Assembly (NCBI GenBank): GCA_964563125.1
Contig: CAZLVY010000005.1
Location: 387 to 64,386 of the forward strand
Reading direction: 5' to 3'
Length of the DNA stretch: 64,000 nt
Source: an uncultured Syntrophomonas sp.
Lineage (GTDB): Bacteria > Bacillota > Syntrophomonadia > Syntrophomonadales > Syntrophomonadaceae
Part shown: piece by piece, positions 9,801 through 18,861 of the stretch
How the letters are laid out: every line of letters begins with the position of its first letter
Position numbering within the stretch: position 1 is the first letter of the stretch
Translations under genes and position numbers: made by a program
The notes under the pieces: generated by a model
What the model was told of the DNA's origin: nothing
Database searches by the model: none
Seen by the model: only the letters and a program-made list of their open reading frames with translations

Positions 9801-9828
9801 AAAGAACCGCCTTGCTCGGCGGTTCTTT
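9801..9828 (-). terminator. intrinsic terminator downstream of rnpB
   Basis: AAAGAACCGCC / GGCGGTTCTTT stem with a 6-nt loop, followed by a U-run on the minus strand. Confidence 0.65.
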
Positions 9829-9843
9829 GCATAATAAAAATAT

Positions 9844-10181
9844 AAGTAAGCAAATCTATAAGCGGAGTTCTGTATTAGATAGCCATCTATCTTGAATGCC
9901 AGTTACCTGACATTTCCAGCGACCTAACCCGGGAACGAAGCGGGCAGCTTCAAAGTTCCTCTATTCGGTCTTGCTCCGGATGGGGTTTACCGAGCCATTT
10001 AGTCACCTAAATGCTGGTGAGCTCTTACCTCACCTTTCCACCCTTACCCCATAAAGAGGCGGTTTATTTCTGTGGCACTAGCCTTAGGGTCGCCCCCACT
10101 GGACGTTATCCAGCATCCTGCCCTGCGGAGCTCCGACTTTCCTCAGGTAAATATACCTGCGACTATCTGATTTACTTACTT
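9844..10181 (-). ncRNA. rnpB: RNase P RNA, bacterial type A
   Basis: The minus strand reads GAGGAAAGUCGGAGCUCC...CACAGAAA...GGUAAGGGUGGAAAGGUGAGGUAAGAGCUCACC...GGUAAACCCCAUCCGGAGCAAGACCGAAUAG...ACAGAACUCCGCUUAUAG. P1 pairs 10181..10169 with 9856..9844, and a TATAAT lies at 10191..10186. Confidence 0.9.
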
Positions 10182-10409
10182 GCTAATTATAACTTATTTA
10201 TTACTACTTATAAAGCGGTAGATATTCGGAGATAGTCATAAAAGAGAGTTTGCAAAAATAATGTTTATTAAGCAGGAAATATGGTATTTATAGAGAATAG
10301 CTACTTAAAAGTAAAAAAAGGAAATAACGGGTGAAGGGTTAGTTCCTTGTTTTCGCAGTACTAAAGGACTAAAATATCTAGTAAGAAGATTTTTGAGGGG
10401 GGTGAAAAG

Positions 10410-10733
10410 GTGTTAGCAGTTTTCGGTTCTGCAGCAGAAGCGCCGCAGAGTTTAACTACGAATTTAATTTATATTGGAGCAATCCTGCTTGCAATATATG
10501 TATTTATTAAATTTTGTGGTTGGGCAAAAAGTTTTCAATTATCAGGAAAGGTGAAGAAGGCTATTTTCATCTTAACTGGTGTAGCTCTGGTGGTATGTAA
10601 TCTTTTATATGCTCAGGGTAATGCAGGAATACTGACGGGGGATTGGTCAGGGGCATTTATAGCTTTAGCAGTAGCAATGGCCTGTGTATTGGTTTTTGCT
10701 TTTGCATTAATGGCAGAGAATAAAACGGAATAA
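10410..10733 (+). CDS. hypothetical small membrane protein (3 predicted TM segments)
   Basis: A 107-aa hydrophobic ORF with a GTG start, SD GAGGGGGGTG and its own terminator. Confidence 0.55.
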   Translation: MLAVFGSAAEAPQSLTTNLIYIGAILLAIYVFIKFCGWAKSFQLSGKVKKAIFILTGVALVVCNLLYAQGNAGILTGDWSGAFIALAVAMACVLVFAFALMAENKTE

Positions 10734-10744
10734 GAAAATTGTTA

Positions 10745-10775
10745 AAAGGCGGCATTGGCCGCCTTTATTTTTTTA
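10745..10775 (+). terminator. intrinsic terminator
   Basis: AAAGGCGGC-attg-GCCGCCTTT followed by ATTTTTTT. Confidence 0.8.
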
Positions 10776-10858
10776 TATTTTCATGTTTATAATAAAATAA
10801 TTGTTTCATATTTAATCGCTTGCTAAAGATTATTAGTTGAAAATAAAAGGAGCATAAA

Positions 10859-12670
10859 ATGCAGGAGATCCAGGTTAATATTATAAGTCCTGATGGAGAA
10901 AAGACAATATGCTGGTCATTAAGCGGAAAAAATCTGCGCGAAGTTATTGCCCTTAGTAACAGAGATCCGGGTGGTTCATGTGGTGGTCGGGGTACCTGCG
11001 GCAAATGCAAGGTCAGGATTAACGGAACTGTAAGTCCTTTAACTGCTCATGAAAGCGAGTTTCTGTTACCAGAGGAATTAAAACTTGGTATCAGACTTGC
11101 CTGTTATTGCAATATTATGGGACCGCTGGATGTTTACCTTGATTATGCTCCGGAAAATGATAAAAAGCCGATTAGAAAACCGAGAAATTATCCCTTTAAG
11201 CCGAAAGTAAAGACCGAAAGCTTTTTTATAAATGGGCTTGAAAAAACCACCCCGGTACCTTTATTAAAACGTATTGCAAATGCACTTCCAGGATATGCAG
11301 TTAAACTTTCTCCCGAAAACATCAATGAATTAGCTAAACTGGACCGAGTGGGACGGCCTACTCTGGAACTAAAAGCATTAATATTTGGCAATCAACTGGT
11401 TAAATATGTGGGACGCCAGAGTTGCGGAGCATATGGCATAGCTCTGGATATTGGCACTACGAGTATCTTCGCTCTATTAGTTGATTTAATCAAGGGGGAA
11501 GTAGTGCGGGTAGCATCTGCTACTAATATGCAGAGGGTATATGGAAGTGATGTAATATCCCGTATCAGTTTTTGTCTGGAAAAAGAGGGTGGACTGGAAG
11601 AACTGCATAAGATAGTGGTGAACAATATTAATAACATGATTGCGGATCTTTTGCAGAGTAACTTACTCACCACGAATGATTTATACAAATTTACAATAGT
11701 GGGTAATCCCGTAATGCTGCATTTATTCCTAAATCTTAGTGTCAGCGGATTTGCCTCAGTACCGTATTCAGGGTTGTTTACTGATGTAATGCATTTTGAG
11801 GCCTCAGCCATAGGAATTGATGCACATAAAGATGCAGAAATTGTAGTCTTACCCCAAATCGGTGGATTTGTCGGAGCTGATACCGTAGCTTGTTTATTAA
11901 ATATTTCGCCGCAGGTTAGAAAGTTTTTATTAATAGATATTGGTACTAATGGTGAGATAGTTTTGGCCAACGGTAAAAAGCTATGGGCAGCTTCTGCTGC
12001 TGCAGGGCCTGCTTTTGAAGGCGGCAAAATAAGCAGTGGTATGCGCGCCGGGCCTGGTGCAGTTGACCAGGTTGTTTTGCAGGATGATGGCCGGATAGGT
12101 TTAAATACCATCGGCGGCGAAATGATAAAAGGCATTTGCGGTTCAGGGTTAATAGACCTGATAGCCGTTTTACTTACCGGACAATATATTGATGAATATG
12201 GAATTATAAATGAAACGGCTAACTATAACGACAGTATTAAGATGAAAAGAGTTAATGGCAGTTTACAATTAACTATAAGTGATGATAAGACCGGGAGCGG
12301 CATAACAATAACTCAGGAAGATATTCGCGAGGTGCAATTAGCAAAATCCGCCCTCAGAACAGGTATAGATATTTTGCTTAAAGAGGCTGATTTAACTGCT
12401 CAAGACCTGGAAGTGGTTTATTTAGCAGGAGCCTTTGGTAATGTTCTAAAAGCGGATAGCTGTATTAATATCGGCCTTATTCCGCCGGTTAGCAGGGATA
12501 AAGTCATCAACATAGGTAATGCTGCCGGCGAAGGTGCACTAAAGGCTTTATTATCAGATACAGCCTTAACCGAAGCCCATGCCTGGCAAATTAAAACCAG
12601 CTATGTTGAATTAGCCAATCATGAGGATTTTCAAGACCTTTTTATTAATAACATAAACTTTAAAAAATAG
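10859..12670 (+). CDS. 2Fe-2S ferredoxin domain fused to an ASKHA-fold ATPase (DUF4445), a RACo/corrinoid reductive-activase-like protein
   Basis: The N-terminus has CGGRGTCGKCKV...LAC, a plant-type [2Fe-2S] motif. ASKHA phosphate motifs LDIGTTS and IDIGTNGEIV follow. Confidence 0.8.
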   Translation: MQEIQVNIISPDGEKTICWSLSGKNLREVIALSNRDPGGSCGGRGTCGKCKVRINGTVSPLTAHESEFLLPEELKLGIRLACYCNIMGPLDVYLDYAPENDKKPIRKPRNYPFKPKVKTESFFINGLEKTTPVPLLKRIANALPGYAVKLSPENINELAKLDRVGRPTLELKALIFGNQLVKYVGRQSCGAYGIALDIGTTSIFALLVDLIKGEVVRVASATNMQRVYGSDVISRISFCLEKEGGLEELHKIVVNNINNMIADLLQSNLLTTNDLYKFTIVGNPVMLHLFLNLSVSGFASVPYSGLFTDVMHFEASAIGIDAHKDAEIVVLPQIGGFVGADTVACLLNISPQVRKFLLIDIGTNGEIVLANGKKLWAASAAAGPAFEGGKISSGMRAGPGAVDQVVLQDDGRIGLNTIGGEMIKGICGSGLIDLIAVLLTGQYIDEYGIINETANYNDSIKMKRVNGSLQLTISDDKTGSGITITQEDIREVQLAKSALRTGIDILLKEADLTAQDLEVVYLAGAFGNVLKADSCINIGLIPPVSRDKVINIGNAAGEGALKALLSDTALTEAHAWQIKTSYVELANHEDFQDLFINNINFKK

Positions 12671-12770
12671 TTTCTGGGAAAAAATATATCTTTAATTAAA
12701 ATCTGCATGCATTTTCTTGCTATAAATTTGTATTAAAGATAAAAGGAAAGAATATAAAGGGGGATTAAGA

Positions 12771-13529
12771 ATGAGAGTTGAAGGGAAAGTCGCTATAATA
12801 ACCGGCGGTGGAACCGGGATAGGAAAAGCTGCAGCTATTTCATTAGCTGCCGAAGGAGCAAAGGTTTTAGTAACTGGACGTCGTGCAGAGCCTTTGGAAG
12901 AAACAGTTGCTGAGATTCAAGCCGCAGGCGGGACAGCTATAGCTTGCCCTGGTGATGTAACCAAAACCGAGGATCTACAAAGAATTCGAGATATGGTCAA
13001 TGAAAAATGGGGGCGGCTGGATATACTTATTAACAATGCCGGCTCCGCCATGCGCAAGCCATTTATGCAAACTACTTTGGAAGAATTCGATTATATGTAT
13101 CAGATTGATCTCCGTGGCGTATTCAATACCACTCAGGTTATGCTGCCCCTGATGCAAGAAAGCGGTGGGGGAAGCATTATAAATATAGCCTCAATTTTAG
13201 GCGTGCTGGGCAGTAAAGATTCCAGTGCCTATTGTGCCATGAAAGGAGGAGTAGTTCAATTGACCAGAGCTTTGGCAGCGGAGTTAGGGCCTTCTGTACG
13301 GGTCAATTGTATTTGCCCTTCCCATATAGTAACCCCGATGATGGCTCCGATAATTGACCATCTAGAGTCAACAGGAAAAATTGATAAGCTCAACAGATTA
13401 TTTCCTATGAAGAGGGTTGGCTATCCGGATGATATGACCGGCAGTATTTTGTTTTTTGCCTCGGATGAATCAGGTTGGCTGACGGGAAATATATTTATGG
13501 TTGACGGAGGACTGTCCTGCTATTGCTAA
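12771..13529 (+). CDS. SDR-family oxidoreductase (3-oxoacyl-ACP reductase-like)
   Basis: TGGGTGIG Rossmann motif, NNAG, and the S...YxxxK catalytic pattern (YCAMK). Confidence 0.88.
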   Translation: MRVEGKVAIITGGGTGIGKAAAISLAAEGAKVLVTGRRAEPLEETVAEIQAAGGTAIACPGDVTKTEDLQRIRDMVNEKWGRLDILINNAGSAMRKPFMQTTLEEFDYMYQIDLRGVFNTTQVMLPLMQESGGGSIINIASILGVLGSKDSSAYCAMKGGVVQLTRALAAELGPSVRVNCICPSHIVTPMMAPIIDHLESTGKIDKLNRLFPMKRVGYPDDMTGSILFFASDESGWLTGNIFMVDGGLSCYC

Positions 13530-13582
13530 ATAATTGTAAAGTAGTTTTAGTAGCTGCTGGAACATCGCTAAATATTAAACAA

Positions 13583-13608
13583 AAACCTTGCCCGCTTGGG
13601 CAAGGTTT
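13583..13608. terminator. hairpin terminator, better U-run on the minus strand
   Basis: AAACCTTGCCC-gctt-GGGCAAGGTTT. The A-run upstream gives UUUUUGUUU on the minus strand. Confidence 0.6.
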
Positions 13609-13645
13609 CAGGGTGCTGGGAAAGTCGACAGCCTGACAGAGCGAG

Positions 13646-13667
13646 CAAAAAAGGCACCCAAGGGCAC
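13646..13667 (-). terminator. intrinsic terminator ending a roughly 150-nt GC-rich 3' region of the DUF1015 gene
   Basis: The minus strand reads GUGCCCUUGGGUGCC followed by UUUUUUG. The two G.U pairs would be A.C mismatches on the plus strand. Confidence 0.5.
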
Positions 13668-13806
13668 TACAATGTTCGCTCCGCGAATTATTAATGATGT
13701 TAAGAGCAAGGCAATCGGAAGGACCGTGATTGAGGCGTACACGAGGTACTCCGATTGAACGGGACTTCCGAATTAACGCAGCTATTAGCCTTTTTTGACG
13801 TTCTGA

Positions 13807-15111
13807 TTATTTGATCGTTAGGTTGTTTATGATCAGTCCGGTTATCAGCTTGGGATAGAAATAAGTTGACTTCTGTGGCATTTTATCACGAGCTTCAGCA
13901 ACAGCAACAATTTCTTCCACCCGGGTAGCATTGAGTAAAAAACCTAATTGATATTGTTTGTTATCTATTTTAGTCTTTACCCATTCTTCACTGCGGCTAT
14001 AGGCTAAATTCTCCTGGTTGCGCCGTTCTTCTTCACCTATTGCTAATATTTGATCCAGGATAAGATTATCTAAAATAGCTACATCCAGGTTTTTCCATGC
14101 GGCAGAATTTTGCGCCGGTAATAAACTGGCCGCTTGTTTTTCATCTTTCAGAGATAAAAAGAAAAAGTTCTCACCATTATACATAGCAAAAACATGCTGG
14201 TTTTGACCGCGTACCTCTAGATCATTTATTAATTCAGATAAGTCAGTTTCGCCAGAATATTTCTCCACTGTAAAAAGCTCGGATAATTGCTCGGCAAAAC
14301 GAGTAAAATTAAAGTTGTCAATATGGCCAACTACCCGGTAAGTAGGTAAAACTACCAAGCCTTCATCATATAAATTGACCAGTGTTGTCATAACATAATC
14401 GTAGTCATTGTTATTTTGTTCTTTCATTTCACTTGCATATTCCAAAGCTGTTTCATAACGATGGTGACCATCAGCAATATAAATCGTCTTAGAGTCCATT
14501 ATTTCTACTACTTTGTCAATAACAGCAGTATTGTCAATAACCCAGATGCGGTGAATCTCATCTAATTCATCGACTATCTCAATATCAGGATTGCGTTTGG
14601 ATGTTTCAGACAAAAGCAGATTATCTATTAATTTTTGTTCATCAGAATACAGGGCAAAAATAGAACTAAAATTTGATTTGGTGGCATGCATTAATTGTAA
14701 ACGGTCAGCTTTAGGTTTGGATAATGTTTCTTCATGGGGTAATACGTTGCCCTGGTCATAAGGTTCTACTTTGACGCCTGTGACAAAGCCGTTACGTAAT
14801 GTTTTTTGTCCCCGATACATAAATTCCTGCTGGTATAAATATAATGAAGGTTTAATATCATTCAGAAGAGTGTTGTCATCCATCCATTTTTCCAGATACT
14901 GTGATGCTCTGGTATATCTATTATTAGTGGTAGTATCCTGGGGGAAGGTAAGTCCGAGCTCCAGACGGATAATATTGGCGGGATGATTGGCATAATATCT
15001 GGCTTGCGCGGCATCATCGATAATATCATAGGGCGGAGTAATCACATTAGCCAGATCCTTTATTTTATCAGCATTATAACGTAGACCTTTAAATGGTATT
15101 ATTCTAGTCAT
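13807..15111 (-). CDS. DUF1015 family protein
   Basis: A 434-aa ORF with the N-terminus MTRIIPFKGLRYN and IADGHHRYETAL, both typical of DUF1015. Confidence 0.8.
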   Translation of the reverse strand: MTRIIPFKGLRYNADKIKDLANVITPPYDIIDDAAQARYYANHPANIIRLELGLTFPQDTTTNNRYTRASQYLEKWMDDNTLLNDIKPSLYLYQQEFMYRGQKTLRNGFVTGVKVEPYDQGNVLPHEETLSKPKADRLQLMHATKSNFSSIFALYSDEQKLIDNLLLSETSKRNPDIEIVDELDEIHRIWVIDNTAVIDKVVEIMDSKTIYIADGHHRYETALEYASEMKEQNNNDYDYVMTTLVNLYDEGLVVLPTYRVVGHIDNFNFTRFAEQLSELFTVEKYSGETDLSELINDLEVRGQNQHVFAMYNGENFFFLSLKDEKQAASLLPAQNSAAWKNLDVAILDNLILDQILAIGEEERRNQENLAYSRSEEWVKTKIDNKQYQLGFLLNATRVEEIVAVAEARDKMPQKSTYFYPKLITGLIINNLTIK

Positions 15112-15266
15112 TTAGCGAAAAACCCCCTTGCAGTACGTGTTAATGCTTAAAATTGTAGTATACTCTAAGTTTTAATGCAATTCTTTTTTAAAGCATTACC
15201 TTATTGCTTTAAAAGTAGTAAAGTGATTAAATTATTTACTAGAAGAATTGTAGAGGTGTTAGTCTT

Positions 15267-16031
15267 TTGCTAAATGATTATCATGTTCATGCACTTTCCC
15301 ATGGCGAATATAGTTATACTTTTGATTGGCTTTGCCAATTTATAGAAAAGGCCCAGCAGGAAAAACTATCAGAAATAGGCTTTGCCGAGCATGATGAATT
15401 TAGGCATTTAATCAATTTTGATATTGTCGGACAGCTGGTGGAAAAATTTCCTAATATAAGGATCAAATTGGGCCTGGAAGTAGATTATATACCTGGCAGG
15501 GAAAAAGAAATCAGGGAAATACAAGCTGGTTATGATTGGGATTATCTGATAGGTTCGGTACATTTTATTGATGGATGGGCTTTTGATCATCCTGATTATA
15601 AAGAGAAATTTAAGACAGATGATATTGATGAAATTTATCATAATTATTTTAATTTGGTCAGGCAGTCGGTAGAAGCAAACTGCTTTGATATCGTCGGTCA
15701 TTTAGATCTGGTTAAAATTTGGGGACATAAACCAAATAAGAACTCTCTTCTGCATTATGTCGAACCAGTCCTAAAATGTATTAAAGATGCAGGTATGGCA
15801 GTAGAAATTAACACCAGTGGCCTGAGAAAACCGGTCGGTGAAATATATCCGGCACCTGAAATCATCGGCAAAATGAAGTCCCTGGATATCCCTGTTTTGT
15901 TTGGCTCTGATGCTCATCATCCTGATCAGGTGGGCATGGATTATAAAAAGGCGGCAATAGTTGCTAAAAAGGCAGGATATAATGAAGCAGTGAATTTTAG
16001 TCACAGAAAAGCACAAATAGTTCAAATTTAG
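15267..16031 (+). CDS. histidinol-phosphatase HisJ family (PHP domain)
   Basis: YHVH...EHDE...GSVH...GHLD...GSDAH PHP metal-ligand pattern. TTG start. Confidence 0.8.
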   Translation: MLNDYHVHALSHGEYSYTFDWLCQFIEKAQQEKLSEIGFAEHDEFRHLINFDIVGQLVEKFPNIRIKLGLEVDYIPGREKEIREIQAGYDWDYLIGSVHFIDGWAFDHPDYKEKFKTDDIDEIYHNYFNLVRQSVEANCFDIVGHLDLVKIWGHKPNKNSLLHYVEPVLKCIKDAGMAVEINTSGLRKPVGEIYPAPEIIGKMKSLDIPVLFGSDAHHPDQVGMDYKKAAIVAKKAGYNEAVNFSHRKAQIVQI

Positions 16032-16052
16032 TTTACGGAAGGCGAGATTACA

Positions 16053-17057
16053 ATGGGCAGCATAGCAATGTTGATTATTGCTCTTGGCATTATACTTGCC
16101 GGAGCAGAGATTTTTGTAAATGGAATAGAATGGTTAGGGAAGCGGCTTAACTTATCAGAAGGAGCAGTTGGCAGCGTCCTGGCAGCAGTTGGTACCGCAT
16201 TGCCGGAAACCATTATCCCGGTTATTGCAATTGTATTCAGTCAGGGTCAGGAGGGCCATGATATCGGCATCGGGGCTATACTTGGTGCACCCTTAATGTT
16301 GGCAACTCTGGCTATGTTCGTATCTGGTTTTGCTGTAATATTATTTAAGAACCGGCGTAACCATGGAACTAAAGTAATGGCTGACTATTCAACTATGTCC
16401 AGGGATTTAAGCTTTTTTGTCGTGGTATATGCAACAGCAGTACTTACTGGACTAATACCTTCTGAATATAGATGGGTACAATTATTAATAGCAGCTTTAA
16501 TGGCCATATCTTATTTTTGGTATGTTTTTGAGATGATAAGTGAAGAAAGAGACGCAGATGCTGACCACGAAATTCCACCCTGTTATTTTGATCGTAAGCA
16601 TGCCAGTATGCAGCGGATTTGCCTGCAGGTAGTATTTGCTCTGATACTTATTATATTAGGAGCCAATTTGTTTGTTGACTCCGTAAAAGAAGTAGCCATG
16701 ATTTATGCAGTACCGGTATTTGTTTTAGCAATTATCATTACACCGATAGCAACAGAATTACCGGAAAAATTCAACAGTGTAATCTGGATATCGCGTGAAA
16801 AAGATACTCTGGCATTGGGTAATATTACTGGTGCCATGGTATTCCAAAGTTCTCTGATTCCCGCAATAGGGATACTGCTAACTGACTGGCAGCTTAATTC
16901 CAGTGCTCTTATATCAGCATTGTTAGCTTTGATGTCAGCAGGGCTAATTCTTTATGAACTAAAAACTAAAAAACATATCAGTGCTTTATACCTAATGACC
17001 GGAGGGGTATTTTATATTATCTTCCTGGCGGCAGTATTTTACGGGTTTATTAGATGA
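16053..17057 (+). CDS. sodium/calcium exchanger family (CaCA, YrbG-like) membrane protein
   Basis: A 334-aa polytopic ORF with two alpha-repeat motifs (GTALPE, ATELPEKF). Confidence 0.8.
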   Translation: MGSIAMLIIALGIILAGAEIFVNGIEWLGKRLNLSEGAVGSVLAAVGTALPETIIPVIAIVFSQGQEGHDIGIGAILGAPLMLATLAMFVSGFAVILFKNRRNHGTKVMADYSTMSRDLSFFVVVYATAVLTGLIPSEYRWVQLLIAALMAISYFWYVFEMISEERDADADHEIPPCYFDRKHASMQRICLQVVFALILIILGANLFVDSVKEVAMIYAVPVFVLAIIITPIATELPEKFNSVIWISREKDTLALGNITGAMVFQSSLIPAIGILLTDWQLNSSALISALLALMSAGLILYELKTKKHISALYLMTGGVFYIIFLAAVFYGFIR

Positions 17058-17127
17058 TTGTTTTAATATGTTACTAATTGATTTCAAACTTAAATTATGA
17101 TTGGTGTCAAATAAAAATAGGCAAAAC

Positions 17128-17151
17128 AAAAGACCGGCATTCCGGTCTTTG
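17128..17151. terminator. bidirectional terminator between convergent genes
   Basis: AGACCGG-catt-CCGGTCT flanked by an A-run and a T-run. Confidence 0.7.
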
Positions 17152-17161
17152 CTTATTATAA

Positions 17162-17407
17162 TTAACTAGCTTGGATAAAACTCGATGGGCGCATAGCTTT
17201 TTTATTTTGATATTGTTTATAAGCATATTCCCAATTAACTTCCTCATTGCTGCGTTTCTTCACTAAGAATAAGTGTAATTGTTTATGCCTTTCCCGTGAA
17301 TGCTTTTCAACAATTACCAGGGCAACATATAAACAGGCAAACAGTCCACATTTAGCAATCAGATAAACCGCGCTATATAATAAAAAGGTTTGTTGCATTT
17401 CTGTCAT
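17162..17407 (-). CDS. hypothetical single-TM protein with a basic C-terminal tail
   Basis: An 81-aa ORF with SD GAGAGGGGG 8 nt upstream of the ATG and one hydrophobic helix. Confidence 0.55.
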   Translation of the reverse strand: MTEMQQTFLLYSAVYLIAKCGLFACLYVALVIVEKHSRERHKQLHLFLVKKRSNEEVNWEYAYKQYQNKKAMRPSSFIQAS

Positions 17408-17453
17408 TTCGTTAACCCCCTCTCACGTTAATAATTCAGGTCAGCACAATTAT

Positions 17454-17555
17454 TTAAAATTCTTCTAAATAGACCTTTTGGAAAACATAAATTATGCTAA
17501 TTGTGCCAGTTGCCAGTGTCAAAAGCAGTGCTGCGGCAGCTAATAACCAAATCAT
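17454..17555 (-). CDS. 33-aa hydrophobic micro-protein (below the ORF-track cutoff)
   Basis: Hand translation gives MIWLLAAAALLLTLATGTISIIYVFQKVYLEEF. A strong SD GAGGGGGG precedes the ATG, and the ORF lies 46 nt upstream of the 81-aa ORF. Confidence 0.45.
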   Translation of the reverse strand: MIWLLAAAALLLTLATGTISIIYVFQKVYLEEF

Positions 17556-17606
17556 ATATGTCCCCCCTCATACTAATCACAATATGTGAAAAAGCAATAT
17601 TATTAA

Positions 17607-17652
17607 TATGTGATGTTATTAAGATAATAACATCACATAAGAGTTCGAACAA
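17607..17652 (-). promoter_or_regulatory. putative promoter overlapped by a 15-bp perfect inverted repeat (candidate operator)
   Basis: TTGTTC (17652..17647), a 17-nt spacer, then TATTAT (17629..17624). The inverted repeat TATGTGATGTTATTA-aga-TAATAACATCACATA spans 17607..17639. Confidence 0.45.
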
Positions 17653-17725
17653 ATCTGAATATTCACGCAATCAGAAGAAGGGAAGAGAAATGTTGAAATA
17701 TTTAGACATAAACTTAAAAAACCGC

Positions 17726-17761
17726 AAAAAAAAATAACCTGGATTTTTTTTCATCCAGATT
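17726..17761 (-). terminator. intrinsic terminator after the RHH gene
   Basis: A 9-bp stem whose only non-Watson-Crick pair is a G.U on the minus strand, followed by U9. Confidence 0.75.
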
Positions 17762-17784
17762 ATTTAAGTTTATCTTCTGATATG

Positions 17785-17970
17785 TTATGATTCTTCTTCG
17801 TCTTCAGCTACTAACTGTCCGCCCTTGCCTTCGAAATGAACACGCCATTCATCAAGATATTCCTCAATTAATTTCCTTACTAATCTTGATTTTGTTGTAG
17901 CCTGATCAGCACAGGCAAATCGAAGAGCTCGATCTACATCTTCAGGAACTACAACCGAGATATATTTCAT
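17785..17970 (-). CDS. ribbon-helix-helix (CopG/Arc-like) DNA-binding protein with an acidic tail
   Basis: A 61-aa ORF. The N-terminal beta-strand KYISVVVPEDV followed by two helices matches the RHH pattern. SD GAAGGGGGG. Confidence 0.6.
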   Translation of the reverse strand: MKYISVVVPEDVDRALRFACADQATTKSRLVRKLIEEYLDEWRVHFEGKGGQLVAEDEEES

Positions 17971-18421
17971 TCCTGATACCCCCCTTCAAGTATACTTTCC
18001 GTACAATAACTTACTTATATTGTAGTATTTATTGCGTAACTATACAATTCGCTTGTTACATTTTGCACTAAACCATGTATGCTTAGTCCTATCATAGGTC
18101 TATTAAGACTTACTTTGTTATAGTTATCACAATAACTAACCGACATATGCAAAACAAATAAGGTGTTAAAGTAATAAAGTAGGGGTTTAGTAAGATGTAA
18201 GGATATTAAGTATATATAATTTGCAAGCCTTATATAATAAGAAGAATAATATTATACCAAAAAAAGCACATATTAATCATTAAATAGTTTGTAACAAGAA
18301 GGTAGTAGCAGGTTAGTTAAATAACAAGATGCACAAAACACAGCGCAAATACGCATTATTGACTAGTTGGATAAATACTGCTAGTTTAAATATATTGAAT
18401 ATAAGCAAGGGAGAAGATTTT

Positions 18422-18769
18422 ATGTCAGAGCAAAATTCATATGATATTGCTCATCAACTAGCCAGGTCTATTACTAATAGTCAGGCTTATAATGAGTATT
18501 TACAAGCGCAACAAGCAATCGAGGAAAATCAGGAACTGAAGAAAAATATACTTGATTTTCGTAATAAACAGATGGAAATGAATCGTTTGCAGTTTGTTGG
18601 CGATGAGATACCGACAGACCTTGTAAATGAAGTTTCCAGGGAATTTGCCAAGCTGAATACTAAACATTTAGCAGCTGAATTTTTCGAGGCAGAGGCCAAA
18701 TTTGTACAGATGTTCAATGATATTCAGGAAATAATTCAAAAAGCTGTTCAAGCCGGATTTATTAAATAA
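18422..18769 (+). CDS. YlbF/YmcA-family regulatory protein
   Basis: A 115-aa helical protein (internal ATG with SD AAGGGAGAAG) whose composition resembles the YlbF family. Confidence 0.6.
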   Translation: MSEQNSYDIAHQLARSITNSQAYNEYLQAQQAIEENQELKKNILDFRNKQMEMNRLQFVGDEIPTDLVNEVSREFAKLNTKHLAAEFFEAEAKFVQMFNDIQEIIQKAVQAGFIK

Positions 18770-18861
18770 ATAATAATCATGGGCAAAAAGTAGTATTAAT
18801 AAGCAGTTTGGAACTAAGAAAAAATATGGTATAATGCCCTTTATGTGGAAGGAGTGAAGAA

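Noticed and set aside
10011-10235. 74-aa ORF on the plus strand
   Set aside because: It lies antisense within RNase P RNA, has no SD, and its GC-rich composition is explained by the RNA gene.
11392-12135. 247-aa antisense ORF, and similar long antisense ORFs at 33220..33810, 39914..40243, 46068..46412 and 8494..8856
   Set aside because: These are shadow ORFs fully inside well-supported genes on the opposite strand. They have no SD and a low-complexity, Ser/Pro/Ile-biased composition.
13672-13758. 28-aa ORF (MFAPRIINDVKSKAIGRTVIEAYTRYSD) in the GC-rich convergent intergenic region
   Set aside because: It has only a weak AAGGG upstream and no supporting context. The region is better explained as structured RNA or a 3' UTR.
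17501-17737. 78-aa ORF on the plus strand
   Set aside because: It runs antisense to the SD-preceded 33-aa ORF and through the palindrome and terminator. It has no SD and looks spurious.
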